A stretch of 64,000 nucleotides of DNA from Cetorhinus maximus (GCF_964194155.1 NC_135907.1:10230001-10294000), one strand, 5' to 3'; positions 48,613 through 61,964 are shown, numbered from the stretch's first letter. Numbers and translations are program-made. Notes: generated by a model from the letters alone, not told the origin.

Positions 48613-48992
48613 AATGCAAGTTGTTGTTGCAATAGAGTGACTGACTCTCATGTTCTCATTGCTCATTCTGGCTTCAGATAGTTAGCTCAATATTTATCCG
48701 TTAGGAAATTCACAAATGGAAGTGTAAAACTGCAAACAGGCCCCAGTGAGCCCATCACCCTACAAATCCTCCCATATAGGATCTTGGCAGTTCATTTTCT
48801 AATTATTCGGCCTCTTCTCATTGAAGGTTGTCTCATCAGCAACCTCCAGTACTTCAAAAACATTCCTGCCTCTGTCAGTGAGAACAGCCACTTCATGAGG
48901 TCACCTTGTCTGTGTACTTTCCTGATGCAGAGCAGGCAAGGAGACAGCACATTCCTCAGTCTGCTCAACCTTGACTCATGGCTGTGGCCACA

Positions 48993-49920
48993 CTCACTGT
49001 CTGTGCTGGGAGAATGCTGCTCTGTATCTGCCTCTCCCCCCCGTTCCACCTCACTGCCTGTGCTGGGAGAATGCTGCTCTGTATCTGCCTCTCCCCCCCG
49101 TTCCACCTCACTGCCTGTGCTGGGAGAATGCTGCTCTATATCTGCCTCCCACCTCACTATCTGTGCTGGGAGAATGCTACTCTGTACCTGCCTCCCCCCT
49201 CACTGTCTGTGCTGGGAAAATGCTGCTCTGTATCTGCTTCTCGGCGCCCCCCCCCCTCCCACCTCACTATCTGTGCTGGGAAAATGATGCTCTGTATCTG
49301 CCTTTCCCCCTCACTGTCTGTGCTGGGAAAATGCTGCTCTGTATCTGCCTCCCCCCTCACTATCTGTGCTGGGAGAATGCTGCTCTGTATCTGCCTCCCA
49401 CCTCACTATCTGTGCTGGGAGAATGCTGCTCTGTATCTGCCTCTCCCCCTCACTGTCTGTGCTGGGAGAATGCTGCTCTGTATCTGCCTCCCCCCTCACT
49501 GTCTGTGCTGGGAAAATGCTGCTCTGTATCTGCCTCTCCCCCTCACTGTCTGTGCTGGGAGAATGCTGCTCTGTATCTGCCTCCCCCCTCACTATCTGTG
49601 CTGGGAGAATGCTGCTCTGTATCTGCCTCTCCCCCTCACTGTCTGTGCTGGGAGAATGCTGCTCTGTATCTGCCTCTCCCCCTCACTGTCTGTGCTGGGA
49701 AAATGCTGCTCTGTATCTGCCTCTCCCCCTCACTGTCTGTGCTGGGAGAATGCTGCTCTGTATCTGCCTCCCCCCTCACTATCTGTGCTGGGAGAATGCT
49801 GCTCTATCTGCGCCCCCCCCCGACTTCACTCACTGTCTATCTGCCCACCACTGCACCACTGTCTGCAGTTGGAGAATATTCCTCTGTATCCAACCTGGGA
49901 AAATGCTGCTCTATATATGC
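48993..49920. repeat. ~49-bp minisatellite (CTCACTGTCTGTGCTGGGAGAATGCTGCTCTGTATCTGCCTCTCCCC), ~16 units
   Basis: Direct inspection; long ORFs in all frames are repeat translations. Confidence 0.95.
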
Positions 49921-51394
49921 ACCAAACCACAGGAGGTCCTGGGATTCCCAACAATTCGAAACAATGCGCAGTCACAGAGTGAAATTTTTAAATAGAGCCC
50001 AGCTCGGTGAGTGGTAACAAGGGCCTGGATGAAGAATACAGGAAGGGTCACAGACTGGAAAGTGATGAGATAGAAGGAGGAATGGAGAGAGATAAACAGA
50101 CTGAGAACTTACGTAGCTGAACGGCTTCAGAAGTAAAATGGACACAGATAGGCGTGAGGCGTAACTCATTCAGACTGAAGATCAGACCAGGGTATGCGTA
50201 CATTCAGTGAGAGCACATGCTCAGTCAGGAAGGGAAAGTTCCATAGTTGTGCATTAGTCACCCACACAGACAGCGCCTCACACAACATCTCCTCACACTG
50301 ACTTTCACATCCACTCTGAACTCTAAGCTCTACCTCTTCCAACAGGACTTGTTCTAACTCACTTGAAATGTATAATGAACTCGCACTATGATAGCTCCTG
50401 CATCCAAAAATAGAACAACACCAGGAGAGAGAAGGGACTGAGGATAGAGACTCCATAGGGAAGTGAGGGTGTGGGAGGAATGAGGGACTCAGATCAACCT
50501 TCCACAACCTCCTCACTATCTCCTTAGCCTCGCTGGCCTGATCTTGTTGATACCCCGATATCCCCAACACCTTACAGATAAACCAGAACGAGAGGTAAAG
50601 GGGTCTCTCCATTACATTGTCTCTGTTACACTGGGGAGGGAACGTCTAGTGCCTCTGCAGTGGGGAAGGTCCAGTGTTTCTCTGTTACAGAGCTTTCAGC
50701 TATGTCTGTAATAGTCCACTGCTGTACTGTGCAGGTGGGTCTGGTCAGAATGTAAAATGGAATCTGTCAGGTATTAAGATCTCGGGAGATTCTTGTGTTC
50801 ATTGGGTGTGATTGGATCAAACCCAACTTGAGGATGGAATTGTGCCAGTAGATTTAATAAAAGCATTATTTGTAGCCAAAGTTTTGTTCCTTCTGGCTAG
50901 CTTCCTGAGATATGTCAGCGTGCAGGTTACAGAGGGTGAGCCGAAGCTGCGAGTCAGAGCATGAATTCTCCATGACTGCTGCCTGGGCTTAGTGCCATCA
51001 CTAATAACACTGCAAGCTTAAATCCATTAGCAGCATAAAACTGATCAGAGTAATTTGTTTAGATAATTTGATTGCTTTGTTTCCTATGTATCGCTGATTT
51101 GCAGATGGCTCTGATGGTGTCAATCACAGAGAGAGGTGAGTGGTGCAGACAGGCAAGTACCTCCTAAGTAATCGCCACAATTACTTCACTGAAACGCCAA
51201 CATTGGCATTCCAGATATAACAAGCTGCAGAGAAAAGGATTCAGGAATCTCCACCACACCATGACATCAGAACAGGTAATAAATAGCAGGTCTGTCAGTG
51301 ACTGATGAGTAAAAGAGGTTATTTGCTTGGCAGCTCATTTCATTGTCCGCACTCTCACTGCTGACTCAAAAAACACCAAAAAAAAATGCCTGGA

Positions 51395-51862
51395 AGGGCC
51401 GGTGTTTCTATGACCCTTTTCACATTCTCAGGATGTCCCGAAGCATTTTTTAATGAAGATGTACCATTAAAGAGTCGTCATGTTGTAATGTAGGAAACAC
51501 AGCAGCCAATTTACATACAGCAAGCTTCCAAAACAGCAATGAGATACAGCAATGAGATACATATCACATATCCAGCTCATCTGATATTTTAGTAATTCTG
51601 GTTGAGGGATAATCATTGACTAGGGCACTGGAGAGAACTCTCCAGTTCTTCTTCAAAATAGTGCCATGGGCACTTTTACATCCACCCAAGTGATCAGACA
51701 GGAGCTCAGCTTAAGGGTGCAGCTGAAAGACAGCACCTCCAGCCAAGCTGTGCTTCCTCAGCAATATCTGCTTCGGTTATGTGCTCAAATATCTGAAGTG
51801 GGGCTTGATCCCAAAACTTCTGGCTCAGAGGCAAGTGAACTACCCACACACCTTATGCTATA
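51395..51862 (-). mobile_element. DeuSINE/SacSINE1-like SINE
   Basis: GTTGTAATGTAGGAAACACAGCAGCCAATTT...GTTGAGGGATAA...CTTCAAAATAGTGCCATGGG. Confidence 0.8.
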
Positions 51863-52401
51863 AACTGTAATCTGTTCAAATATTCTGACTCAAAATTCCT
51901 CTCCTGTAAACCAGCACTCAAAAATTTCACATTAACTGGTCGTTCATCTCATTTCCTTTCTCAATAGTGACAGCCCTTCTAATGTACATACAAGCATATG
52001 AAATAGGAGAAGTAGACCATTCAGCCCATCAAGCTGGCTCCGCCATTCAATAAGATCATGGCTGATCTGTTTGTATTACTAATTCCACATTCCCATCTAC
52101 CCGCTTTGGTATTCCATTGGTGCTTTGGAATCTCTAGAGATTCCAAATGTGAATGTGATCAGGTGCTGTAGATATGTACAGTGGAGATCCTTCATCAAAA
52201 CAGAAACCTTACCCTTGCTCAAGGGATAGTAGTCTGACTAGTGGAGGTTAGATTAGTGACTACCAGGATATGGTAGTGCTCTGGTTATGGTGTTGGACGA
52301 ACAACCACAGAATTCAAATCTCACCATGGCAAAATGTTAGATTAAATTTGGTGATAGGGGATTCAATGATTAGGGGAAGAAACAGGCATGAATTCAGGAT
52401 G

Positions 52402-52888
52402 AAAACAGAAATACCTGGAAAAACTCAACAGGTCTGGCAGCATCGGCGGAGAAGAGCACAGTTGATGTTTCGAGTCCTCATGACTCTTCAACAGAACTAA
52501 GTAAAAATAGGAAAGGGGTGAAATATAAGCTGGTTTAGGGGGGGTTGGGTTGTTGGGACAAGAAGCCAGTAATAGGTGCCCTTAATTAGCACATTCCTTT
52601 AGATACTATCATCACCTTCAACACCTCTTTGACCTTTTGTCTGTGACATCTTTTGGTTATCTCCACCTATTACTGGCTTCTTGTCCCATCAACCCCCCCT
52701 CCCCTTAAACCAGCTTATATTTCACCCCTTTCCTATTTTTACTTAGTTCTGTTGAAGGGTCATGAGGACTCGAAACGTCAACTGTGCTCTTCTCCGCCGA
52801 TGCTGCCAGACCTGCTGAGATTTTCCAGGTAATTCTGTTTCTGTTTTTGTTTTGGATTTCCAGCATCCGCAGTTCTTTGCTTTTATCT
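52402..52888. mobile_element. Penelope-derived inverted pseudo-LTR pair with 14-bp TSD
   Basis: ATGAATTCAGGATG at 52388-52401 and 52889-52902; arms ~52402-52575 and ~52670-52845 are reverse complements. Confidence 0.9.
52745..52783 (+). ncRNA. Minimal type I hammerhead motif, CUGUUGA core variant with GUC cleavage triplet (second copy on minus at 52460-52498)
   Basis: AGTT-CTGTTGA-A-GGGTC(ATGAG)GACTC-GAAAC-GTC-AACT. Confidence 0.6.
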
Positions 52889-52979
52889 ATGAATTCAGGA
52901 TGGTTTGTTACCTGCCTGGTGCCAGGGTCAAGCATATCACTAAGCAGCTACGGAACATTCTAAGGGGGGAAATTATAAA

Positions 52980-55900
52980 TCATTGAAGATGGCAGGGCAG
53001 GTTGAGAATGCGATTAGTAAAACATACATGATCCTGCTATTTATAAAATACAAAATCAAGGAAGTTACGGTGAATGTTTATAAAATGCTGGTTTGGCTTC
53101 ACCTGGGCACCACACTTTAGAAAGGATGTGAAGGCATTATAGAGAGTGCAGTAAAGATTTACATGAATGTTTCCAGGGATGAGGGACTTCAGTTACGTGG
53201 AGAGATTGGAGAAGCTGGGGCTGTTCTCCTTGGAGAAGAGAAGGTTGAGAGGAGTTTTGATAGATTTGTATTCAAAATCATGAGGAATTTACACAGTAGA
53301 GAGAAATTGTTCTCATTGGCAGGAGGAATGAGAACCAGAGGACACTGATTTAAGGTGAGTAGCAAAAGAACCAAAGGCAGCATGAGGAAAAACCTTTTTA
53401 CGCCATAAGTGGTTAGGATCAGAAATACACTGCCTGACAGTGTGAGGGAGGCAGAGTGAACTGTGGCTATCAAAAGGGAATTAAATAATTAGCTAAAGAA
53501 AAATATTTGCAAGGCTTTTGGGAAAGGGTGGGGTAGGTGGGACTGGCTGAGTTGCTCTTGCAGTGAGCCAGCATAGGCACAACAGGATGAATAGCAGTGT
53601 TAGAATATGATGTCGTGGCAATAACAGAAACATGTCTTAAAAATGGTAAGGGCTGGCATTTAATATTCAAGGATACAAGGTGTTCAGAAAAGATAAGGAA
53701 GGGAAAAAGGGAGTTGAGGTGGCAGTACTGATTAAGGAAGACATTAAGTGGGGCATTCTGATGGGCAAATACAGAATTCATTTGGTTAGAGTTGAATAAC
53801 AAATCGATCATGTTAAAATAGCCACCCAAATAGTGTGAGAGAGATAGTGGAGCAAATCTGTAGAAAAATCAAAGATGTGCAAGACTGGTGCTATCAGGGG
53901 ATTTCAATTACCCAAATATCAATTGGGATAATGTTAGAATGAAGGGTAAGGAGGAGGAGGATTTCCTGAAATGTTATCAGGAGGACTTCCTTGACCAGCA
54001 TGTTCTCAGTCCAACAAAGAAAGAGATATTGCTGGATCTAGTGCTAGGGAATGAGGTGGGCCAAGTGTCTATGGGGGAACACTTGGGTAATCATTCTATG
54101 ATAAGATTTGGATTCGCACTGGGGAAGAGCAAGGAACAATCTAGAATAGAACTTCTAACTTGGAAGACGACTAACTTCAATGGAATCAGAGAGGATAGAG
54201 CTAGAGTAAAATGGAACCAAACATTGACAGAAAAACTGTAAAGGAACAATAGATGATTTGTAAGGAGGTGGTGTATCAGATGCAGGCTAGGTAAATTCCA
54301 ACAAGGCCAAAAGGTAAGGGAACTAAAGCCATGGCTCCCTGGATGACAAGGTAGTTAGTGAAGATGGTGAAACAAAAAGAGAGGGTATTTGATACATATC
54401 AGGTTAATTCTTCAAATGAGAACTAGGCCAAATACAATAAGTTGAGAGTTGACGTGAAGATGTAAGTAAGGCAAAGAGAGAATATGAGAATAGGATGACA
54501 GTTAACATAAGTGGGAACCCAACACATATATAATATGGGAGGTATTAAGAGGCGTTGGGGAGGGGTCCCTATTAAAGAGAATGATATATACTTAGAGATG
54601 CAGGGCAAAGCTAGAATACTTAATGAGTACTTTGTATCTGTGTTTACTCAGGAAGAGGATCTGACAAAATATTGATAGAAGCGGAGGTTGGGAGAGGTAA
54701 TGGATGAGGTGAAAATTGGTAGACACAAGGTGCTGCAAAGGCTGATTATGCTTGGAGTGGATAAGTTGTCTGGTCATAAATAAGACAGCTTTATTCAAGT
54801 AAGGACATTCTTTGTAACTACAGGGCCAGTCAATTTGACATCAGTGGTGAATAAGGCTTTAGAAAAAATAATCAGGGAAAAGAAATAAACAGTCTCTTGG
54901 AGAGGCTTTAGCTAATTAAGGAGAACCAACAAAGATTTGTAAAAGGCAGATGATGCTTGACTAATCTAGTTGATTTTTTCGGTGAAGTAACAGAGAAGGT
55001 TGATGAAGGTAATGCAATGGATGTTGGCTATATGGATTTTAAGAAAGCATTTAACAAATTACCACATAAAAGGATGGTTAACAACATTGAGGCTCATGGA
55101 ATAGGAGGGTCAGTATCGGTTTGGATAAAAATTAACTTAAGGGCAGAAAACTGAATTATTGTATCTAGTTGTTTTTCAGGTTGGACGCTGATAGACAGTT
55201 GTGTTTCCCAAGGATCAGTGCTAGGACCACTCCTTTTTTTGATATAGATAAAAGATTTGGATATTAGAATACAGAGTAAAATTTCAAAATTTGCCAATGA
55301 TACCAAACTTGGAGGTGTGGCTGACAGTGAGGATGTTACAAATGGACTGCAACAGGACATAGATAGGCTGGCAGAATGGGCAGACAAGTGGCAGGTGGAC
55401 TTTAACACAGAAATGTGAGGTGATACATTTTGGCAAAAGGGATAGGGAGAGGGAATTTAGATTAAATGGCGCTATTGTAAAGGATGTTCAGAATCAGAGG
55501 GACCTGGGAGTTCATGCTCGCAGGTCTTTGAAGGTGGCAAGACTTAGTTAGCAAAGTATATGGGATCTTGGGCTTTATAAGTAGAGGTATTGAATTCAAA
55601 GGTAGGGAAGTTAGGCCACATCTAGAGACTGCATCCATTTCTGGTCACCACAATTTAGGAAGAATGCAATGGTCCTTGAGAGGATGCAGAGACAATATAC
55701 CAGAATGGTTCCAAGGATGAGGGATTTTAGCTACAAGGTTAGATTGGAATAGCTGGGGTTTTTCTCCTTGGGGCAAAGGAGATTGAGAGGAGATTTGATA
55801 AAGATGTATTAGATAATGTCAGTGCACATAAGGTAGACAAAGGAAAGTAGCTCCCATTAGATGATGGTATAAGGACTAGGGAACACAGATTTAAGTTTTA

Positions 55901-56025
55901 GGCAAGGGATAAGGAGGGATGTGAGGAAGAACGTTTTTACACAGTGAGCTGTAGTGACATGAAATGCGCTGCCTATGAGAGTGGTGGAAGCGGAGGCCGT
56001 GAAAGATTTCAAAAGGAAATTGGAT
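52980..56025 (+). mobile_element. CR1 family B: a 3' fragment (52980-53590) followed by a long decayed ORF2 (APE + RT)
   Basis: YDVVAITETC, GDFNYPNINW, LLDLVLGNE, LTNLVDFF...YMDFKKAFNKLPH, QGSVLGP, SKFANDTKLGG. Confidence 0.92.
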
Positions 56026-56990
56026 GTATAAACGACATAGATGACTATGTGGGGGGTAGGATTAGTAAGTTTGCGGATGACACAAAGATTGGCTGGGTGG
56101 TTAACAGTGAGATTGAGTGTCTTGGGCTACAGGAAGATATAGACGAGATGGTCAATTGGGCAGATAAGTGGCAGATGGAATTTAACCCTGAAAAGTGTGA
56201 GGTGATACACTTTGAAAGGAGTAATTTGACAAGGAAGTATTCAATGAATGGCATAACACTAGGAAGTTCTGAGAAACAAAGGGACCCTGGTGTGTGTCTC
56301 CATAGATCTCTGAAGGCAGAGATGCATTTTAGTGGGGTGGTGAGAAAGGCATATGGGACACTTGCTTTTATCAATCGAGGCATAGATTACAAAAGTAGGG
56401 CGGTCATGTTGGAGTTGTATAGAACCTTGGTGAGGCCGCAGCTGGAGTACTGCATGTAGTTCTGGTCACCACATTATAGGAAGGATGTGATTGCAGTGGA
56501 GGGGGTGCAGACGAGATTCACCAGGATGTTGCCTGGGATGAAACATTTAAGTTATAAAGAGAGGTTGGATAGACTTGGTTTGTTTTCGTTGGAGCAGAGA
56601 AGACTGAGGAGTAACCTGATCGAGGTGTACAAGATTATGAGGGGCATGGACAGGGTGGATAGGGAGCAGCTGTTCCCCTTAGTTGAAGGGTCAGTCACAA
56701 GGGGACATAAGTTCAAGGTGAGGGGCAGGAGGTTTAGGGGGGATGTGAGGAAAAACTTTTTTACCCAGAGGGTGGTGATGGTCTGGAATGTGCTGCCTGA
56801 GAGGGCGGTGGAGACGGGTTGCCTCACATCCTTTAAAAAGTACCTGGATGAGCACTTGGCACGTCATAACATTCAAGGCTATGGGCCAAGTGCTGGTAAA
56901 TGGGATTAGGTAGGTAGGTCAGGTGTTTCTCACGTGTCGGTGCAGACTCGATGGGCCGAAGAGCCTCTTCTGCACTGAGATTCTGTGATA
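56025..56990 (+). mobile_element. Younger CR1 family B copy (RT C-terminus to 3' tail)
   Basis: Nearly open ISKFADDTKIG...LVRPQLEYCM*FWSPHY...QGYGPSAGKWD; GATTCTGTGA tail. Confidence 0.92.
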
Positions 56991-57019
56991 ATGATCCTAC
57001 GACTCTAAGAGAAAGTTAA

Positions 57020-57720
57020 ATCACCTTCCCTTACCATTACCAGCATTACCATTGCCAAATATCCCACCATCAGCATCCTGGGGGTGTCACTATTGACCAG
57101 AAACCTAATTGGATCAACCAATTAAATACTGTGGCTACAGAACAGGTCAAAGGTTAGGTATTCTGCTTTGAGTGTCTCACCTCCTAACTCCCCAAAACAT
57201 TTCCATCTACAAGACACAAGTCAGGAGTGTGATGGAATACTCCCCACTTGCCTGGATCAGTGCAGTTCCATCAACACTCAGAAGCTCGACACTGTCCAGG
57301 CCAAAGCAGCCTATTTGATCAGTAACCCATCAACCACCTTAAACATTCACCCTCTTCACCACTGACACACAGTGGCAGCAGTGTGTACCATTTACAAAAT
57401 GCACTGCAGCTCACCAAGCTTTCTTCAAAACCACCTTCCAAACCTAAAAACTTTACCACTTAGAAGAAAAAGGGCAATAAATGCCTGGGAACATTATCAC
57501 CTGCAAGTTCCCCCCTAAGCCATACACCAACCTGATTTAGAAATATATTGCTGTTCCTTCATTGTTTTTGGATCAAAATCCTGAACTTCCTATCTAATAG
57601 TACTGTGGTGTACCTGCACCACATGGACTGCAGTGGTTTAAGAAGGCAGCTCACCACCACCTTCTCAAGGATCTTGCTAGCCTTGTCACTGATGCCCACA
57701 TCCTATTAACAAATAAAAAA
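57020..57720 (+). mobile_element. CR1-group LINE family A 3' part
   Basis: Homologous to 6835-7458. Confidence 0.85.
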
Positions 57721-58169
57721 TCTTGAGAAGTTACCCAGTTATAAACAAATACTGCAGAATATGACTCACCACCAATATGAGGTGGGTAAAACCTCTTGGC
57801 CACACTCCAAGAACAACTAATTAAAAGGCTGACTGCAATATCAAACAGAGTCACTGAGTTTCAAAGTAGGTAAATAGAGTTTAAAGTGTGACACAGAAGT
57901 CCAAATATATACATCAGGTCAGGCTCAGGGAGAGAGAGAACAGGTCATGAAAGGGACAAATCAACAGGTGGACAACAAAGGGTGGAGATTGAATTAAAGT
58001 TGAGCCCAGTGGCCTGGGGGAAGTTGCGATTTTATTCCCAAGGCGGATTCGACTGATATCAGGGAGAGGATTCGTATGGCCAGTAGCAGCAGGATGTGAC
58101 TGTATATCATAGGCAGCAAACACAAATGTAAAAAAATAGTGCAGGTCCTGGAGAGATAGAAAGAAAGCA

Positions 58170-60155
58170 AGAGGTGACACACATAAAGTACAATCTACAA
58201 AAAGGGATTATGAAAAGGAAATCAACACAAAAAACATTCATAATTATATTAGAGAAAGGAGGGTGATCAGAGGAACGTGGGCCCTGTGAAAGCTGATAAC
58301 AGGATGTATCGTCAATGAAAATATGAAAATGTTGACAAGTTGAATAAGTATTTTGTATACACAGTATTTATAGATGAGAAAGAGGTCAACATGCCAGATA
58401 TCCGAAGAAACTAATACCGAATCAGGGAAGGGGTTTCACCAATATTAATATAAGTAAAATAACAGGAATGAAAAAATTAATGGCATTAAAGAGTGACAAT
58501 TGCCCTAGGCCAGATGGTTTCCATTTCAGACTTTAAGGAAGTAGGTGAGAACCTTGCTGATACCCTAACCAATGTTTTCTGTAAGCTGTGTATCATGTGG
58601 CCATGCAGCAACCTGAAAGTCTCCACGCAGACCACATGCAAGTCGGCCCCTTTAAGTTACTGCATATGCACAGCCTTGCAAAGAAATTTAAAGAAGCCAT
58701 GCACTTAAATAAATCACCTGCGCACTCCAAAAAAAAATTAGAGGGTGTGTTGTCCCTGACTATAATCTTCCAAAGTTCTTTCTATTGAATAGCTGTTCCT
58801 TTAGATTTGAAAATAGTGCATGTTACTCCGGAGGTGTAACATGAGAAAGGTGAGACAGGGAAACCAGGGAATTATAGACCAGTTAACCTAGCATCTGTTG
58901 TTGGGAAATTTACCAGAGCCTATAATTAGGGATAGACTGACTGAACACCTTGAAAACTTTCAGCTGATCAGAGAGAACCAGCATGGATTTGTAAAGGATA
59001 GGTTAGGCCTGATGAATCTGGCTGAAATCTTGAAGCGGTGATTAAAATAATGGACCCGGTAAGTCAATGCATATGGACTTCGGAAGGCATTTAATAATGT
59101 CCCTCATAAGTGACTGTTACCTAAAGTTGAAACTCAAGGAACTGAGGGTAAATTATTAACCTGGTTTAGAAAATTGGCTGGGTGGCAGGACACAGTAGGA
59201 TAATGGGCAGATACTCAAATGGCAGGATGTGACAAATGGCTTTCCCAAGGACCTGTATTTGGGCTCAAATATTCACCATATTTATTAACAATTTAGATAA
59301 TGGGATAGAAAGCCACATATCCAAGTTTTCCAATGACACAAAGATAGGTAGATGGAAGCATAAAATTTTAAAGAGATATTAATAGATTCCTGTAGACAAG
59401 TGTGAGGTCATCCATTTTGCATGTATGAAGGATAGAGCAGGGTGCTTTCTGAATTATGAAAAACTAAAAACAGGGGAGGTCCAAAGAGAATTCAGGGTCC
59501 ATGATTGTAGGTCATTCAAATGTCATGGCCAACTACAGGAAATAATCAAAGCCTAACAGAAAACTGGCATTTAAAATCAAGAGGATTTGAATACAAGGGA
59601 ATAGAAATCATGCTTCAGCTATGCAAAGCTCTGGTTAGACCACACCTGGAGTACTGTGAGCAGTTCTGGATACCATAGCTTAGGAAGGATATATCGGTTT
59701 TGGAGTGAATACAGTGTAGGTTTACCATAATACCTGGGTTCCAAGGAAAGATTACACAAACTAGAATCATATTTCCTGGAATTTAGAAGATTAAGGGTGA
59801 TTTGATCAAAGTATCCAAGCTATTAAGAGAACAGATAGGGAGAGCTATTTCCATGGTTTGGGGAGTCTGGGACTAGGAGGCATTGTCTAAAAAGTATAGC
59901 CAGGCCTTTCAGGAGTGAAATTAGGAAACACTTCCACACACAAAGGGAGAAGTTTGGAACTCTCCTTCACAAACGGCAACTGATGCTAGATTAATAGTAA
60001 ATTTTAAACCTGAGATGGATAAATCTTTGTTATATAACGGTATTGAGGGATATGGAGGAAAGGCAGATATATGGAGCTACGTCACAGGTCAGCCATGATC
60101 TAACTGAATGGCAGAACAGACTGAGGGGTTAAATGTTTCACTCTGTTAATAATGT
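58170..60155 (+). mobile_element. Old CR1 family B ORF2 (RT) to 3' end
   Basis: PGNYRPVNLASVVGK, NQHGFVK, LVRPHLEYCEQFW. Confidence 0.88.
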
Positions 60156-60159
60156 TACC

Positions 60160-60990
60160 CATTGCCCTCACATCCGCTACAAATGTCCTGACATCTGCTA
60201 AAAGCATTACATTTATTACACTCGTAAGTCTCTTCTTTCTCTATCCTTGCAGGAGAAGAGAGCACAGAACACTAGGGAGCAACAGAGAATTGGAAGTGGC
60301 TGTCCAGTCATCGCCATCTTGACAACTGGAGAGAAGATGCTGGAGATAAGCCGGGTCTTGGGGTGCCTGGCTATTGGAGATGGAGTCATAGGGGCTCACA
60401 GCTACCAGGTGACAGGATTAAATATCACATAGCTACATGGCATAAAACACTCAATCATGCTGACCTCATGTCAGCAGCCAACGAATATTGATAAAGTGTA
60501 CAATAATGATTTAGCACCTCTTACTTTGCCAAATCTAATTAATTTTTTTTCATCTTCTACAGGCCCTTCAAGTGTCCCTCAGAAGGTGATACTGGAGGAG
60601 GATGAAGATCCCTCAGAGGAAGGAGGTCACTAACCCTGAGGGTGTACCATCACAGAACTAATGTGCACCGTCCGCCGGCTTAGATACAAACCTCAGTGGG
60701 AGCACCAGCATAAGTAGTTGAATTGGTACATGGTGCCTCAGACATCACAAGCGAGCAGGAGCAAGTGCTGGAGACAGACAACAGTGGAGAATCGCCCATT
60801 GCAGGGCACAGGACAGTCCAAGCTCTGCCCAGTTAGACAAAATGCTGAGTCTTGGACAGTGGAGGCTGTCACTGAAGAGGGCAATTCTGGAACGGCAGCA
60901 GAAAATGTGTGAGGTCCTGTCAGCCTTTCAAGCCACGTTGTGCATGATTGGAGAGAGATTGGAGGAATCTGTCACCAGCATACCTGCAAG
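60160..60990 (+). pseudogene. Divergent Harbinger Myb/SANT gene relic (exons 2-3)
   Basis: CCTTGCAG|EKRAQNTREQQRIGSG (60253); TTCTACAG| acidic exon (60563); LKRAILERQQKMCEVL...LEESVTSI. Confidence 0.65.
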
Positions 60991-60999
60991 ATGGGCCCT

Positions 61000-61215
61000 A
61001 TGTTCTACTATTCCATCTCTAAACCTCATCTCCTCCCTTTTTTTCCTTTAAGATTCTCCTTCAAATTGACCCCTTTATCAAGTTTTGGGCCACCTCTCCT
61101 AATATCTACTTGTGTGGTTTGGTGTCAAAATTTGTTTGTTAGTACTCCTGTGAAGCACCTTGATGCATTTAACTATGTTAAAGGTGCTATACAAATACAA
61201 GTTGCAGTTGTTGTA
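61000..61215 (+). mobile_element. L2 3' end
   Basis: CTCCTGTGAAGCACCTTG...GTTAAAGGTGCTATACAAATACAAGTTG. Confidence 0.75.
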
Positions 61216-61964
61216 TATCAGAGACAGAATTATGACTATAGTTGGACAGATACTAGGGGCACAGCATATTGCTCAGTGAGGAATGGTGGATGGAGGTAGT
61301 TGAAGGGTTAACTTACATCACCCTGTGCAGTTGGTGCGGTCCCAGAGGGTGAATCACCATTAGTCGTGCCTTTACCTGTTAGCGATGCTCCCACAGTGTT
61401 GGTATGTGCTGGAATGTTGAGTCATGTCTCAGAGTGCAAACAATATCCCATTCTAGCTCTGTATGGACCCTCCCACACATCTGTGATTTAAACATGAAGG
61501 AGGGGTAATCCCAGCTACAATAGGAGCCATTTCCCGGAGTTGGAGAATGGGCTGTCGGCCCCTGTCCCCAATCCCACTAGGTCAGCAATTTGCCTCTTTC
61601 CTCTGATTAAAAATACTTCTGGAACCAGTCAAGTGGTTATTTATAGGTCAGTGAGTTTGATACGGTCACAATTATAGCATAGCACCAAAATACCCTCTCA
61701 CAATAAATTACAGGAACAATGACTATTAATGATTACTAACAGAATGGACCAAAATTAAACAGGTTTTATGATATGAAGTCAGAGAGAGATAGAGAGCAAT
61801 AGAGCGAGACAGAGTGAGAGACAGAGAGACTGAAAGAGAGACAAACAAATATTGGAAGAGAGAGAGGGAGAAGAGAGCTGAGAGAAAGTGAGCGACAGAG
61901 AAAAGGGGAAAACAGGGACAGAGCCAGAGAAGAAAGGAGAAAGAGAGAGAGCAAAAGAGACAGA

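Larger units (their letters stand above)
52350..52965 (+). mobile_element. CR1 ORF1 SGNH-esterase fragment interrupted by a Penelope insert
   Basis: VIGDSMIRG...RHEFRM|VCYLPGARVKHIT after removing the insert. Confidence 0.75.

Noticed and set aside
48971-50017. 348-aa and 334-aa Cys-rich ORFs
   Set aside because: Minisatellite translations, open in several frames
55944-56909. Intact reverse transcriptase gene
   Set aside because: 5'-truncated CR1 with an internal stop; it cannot be autonomous
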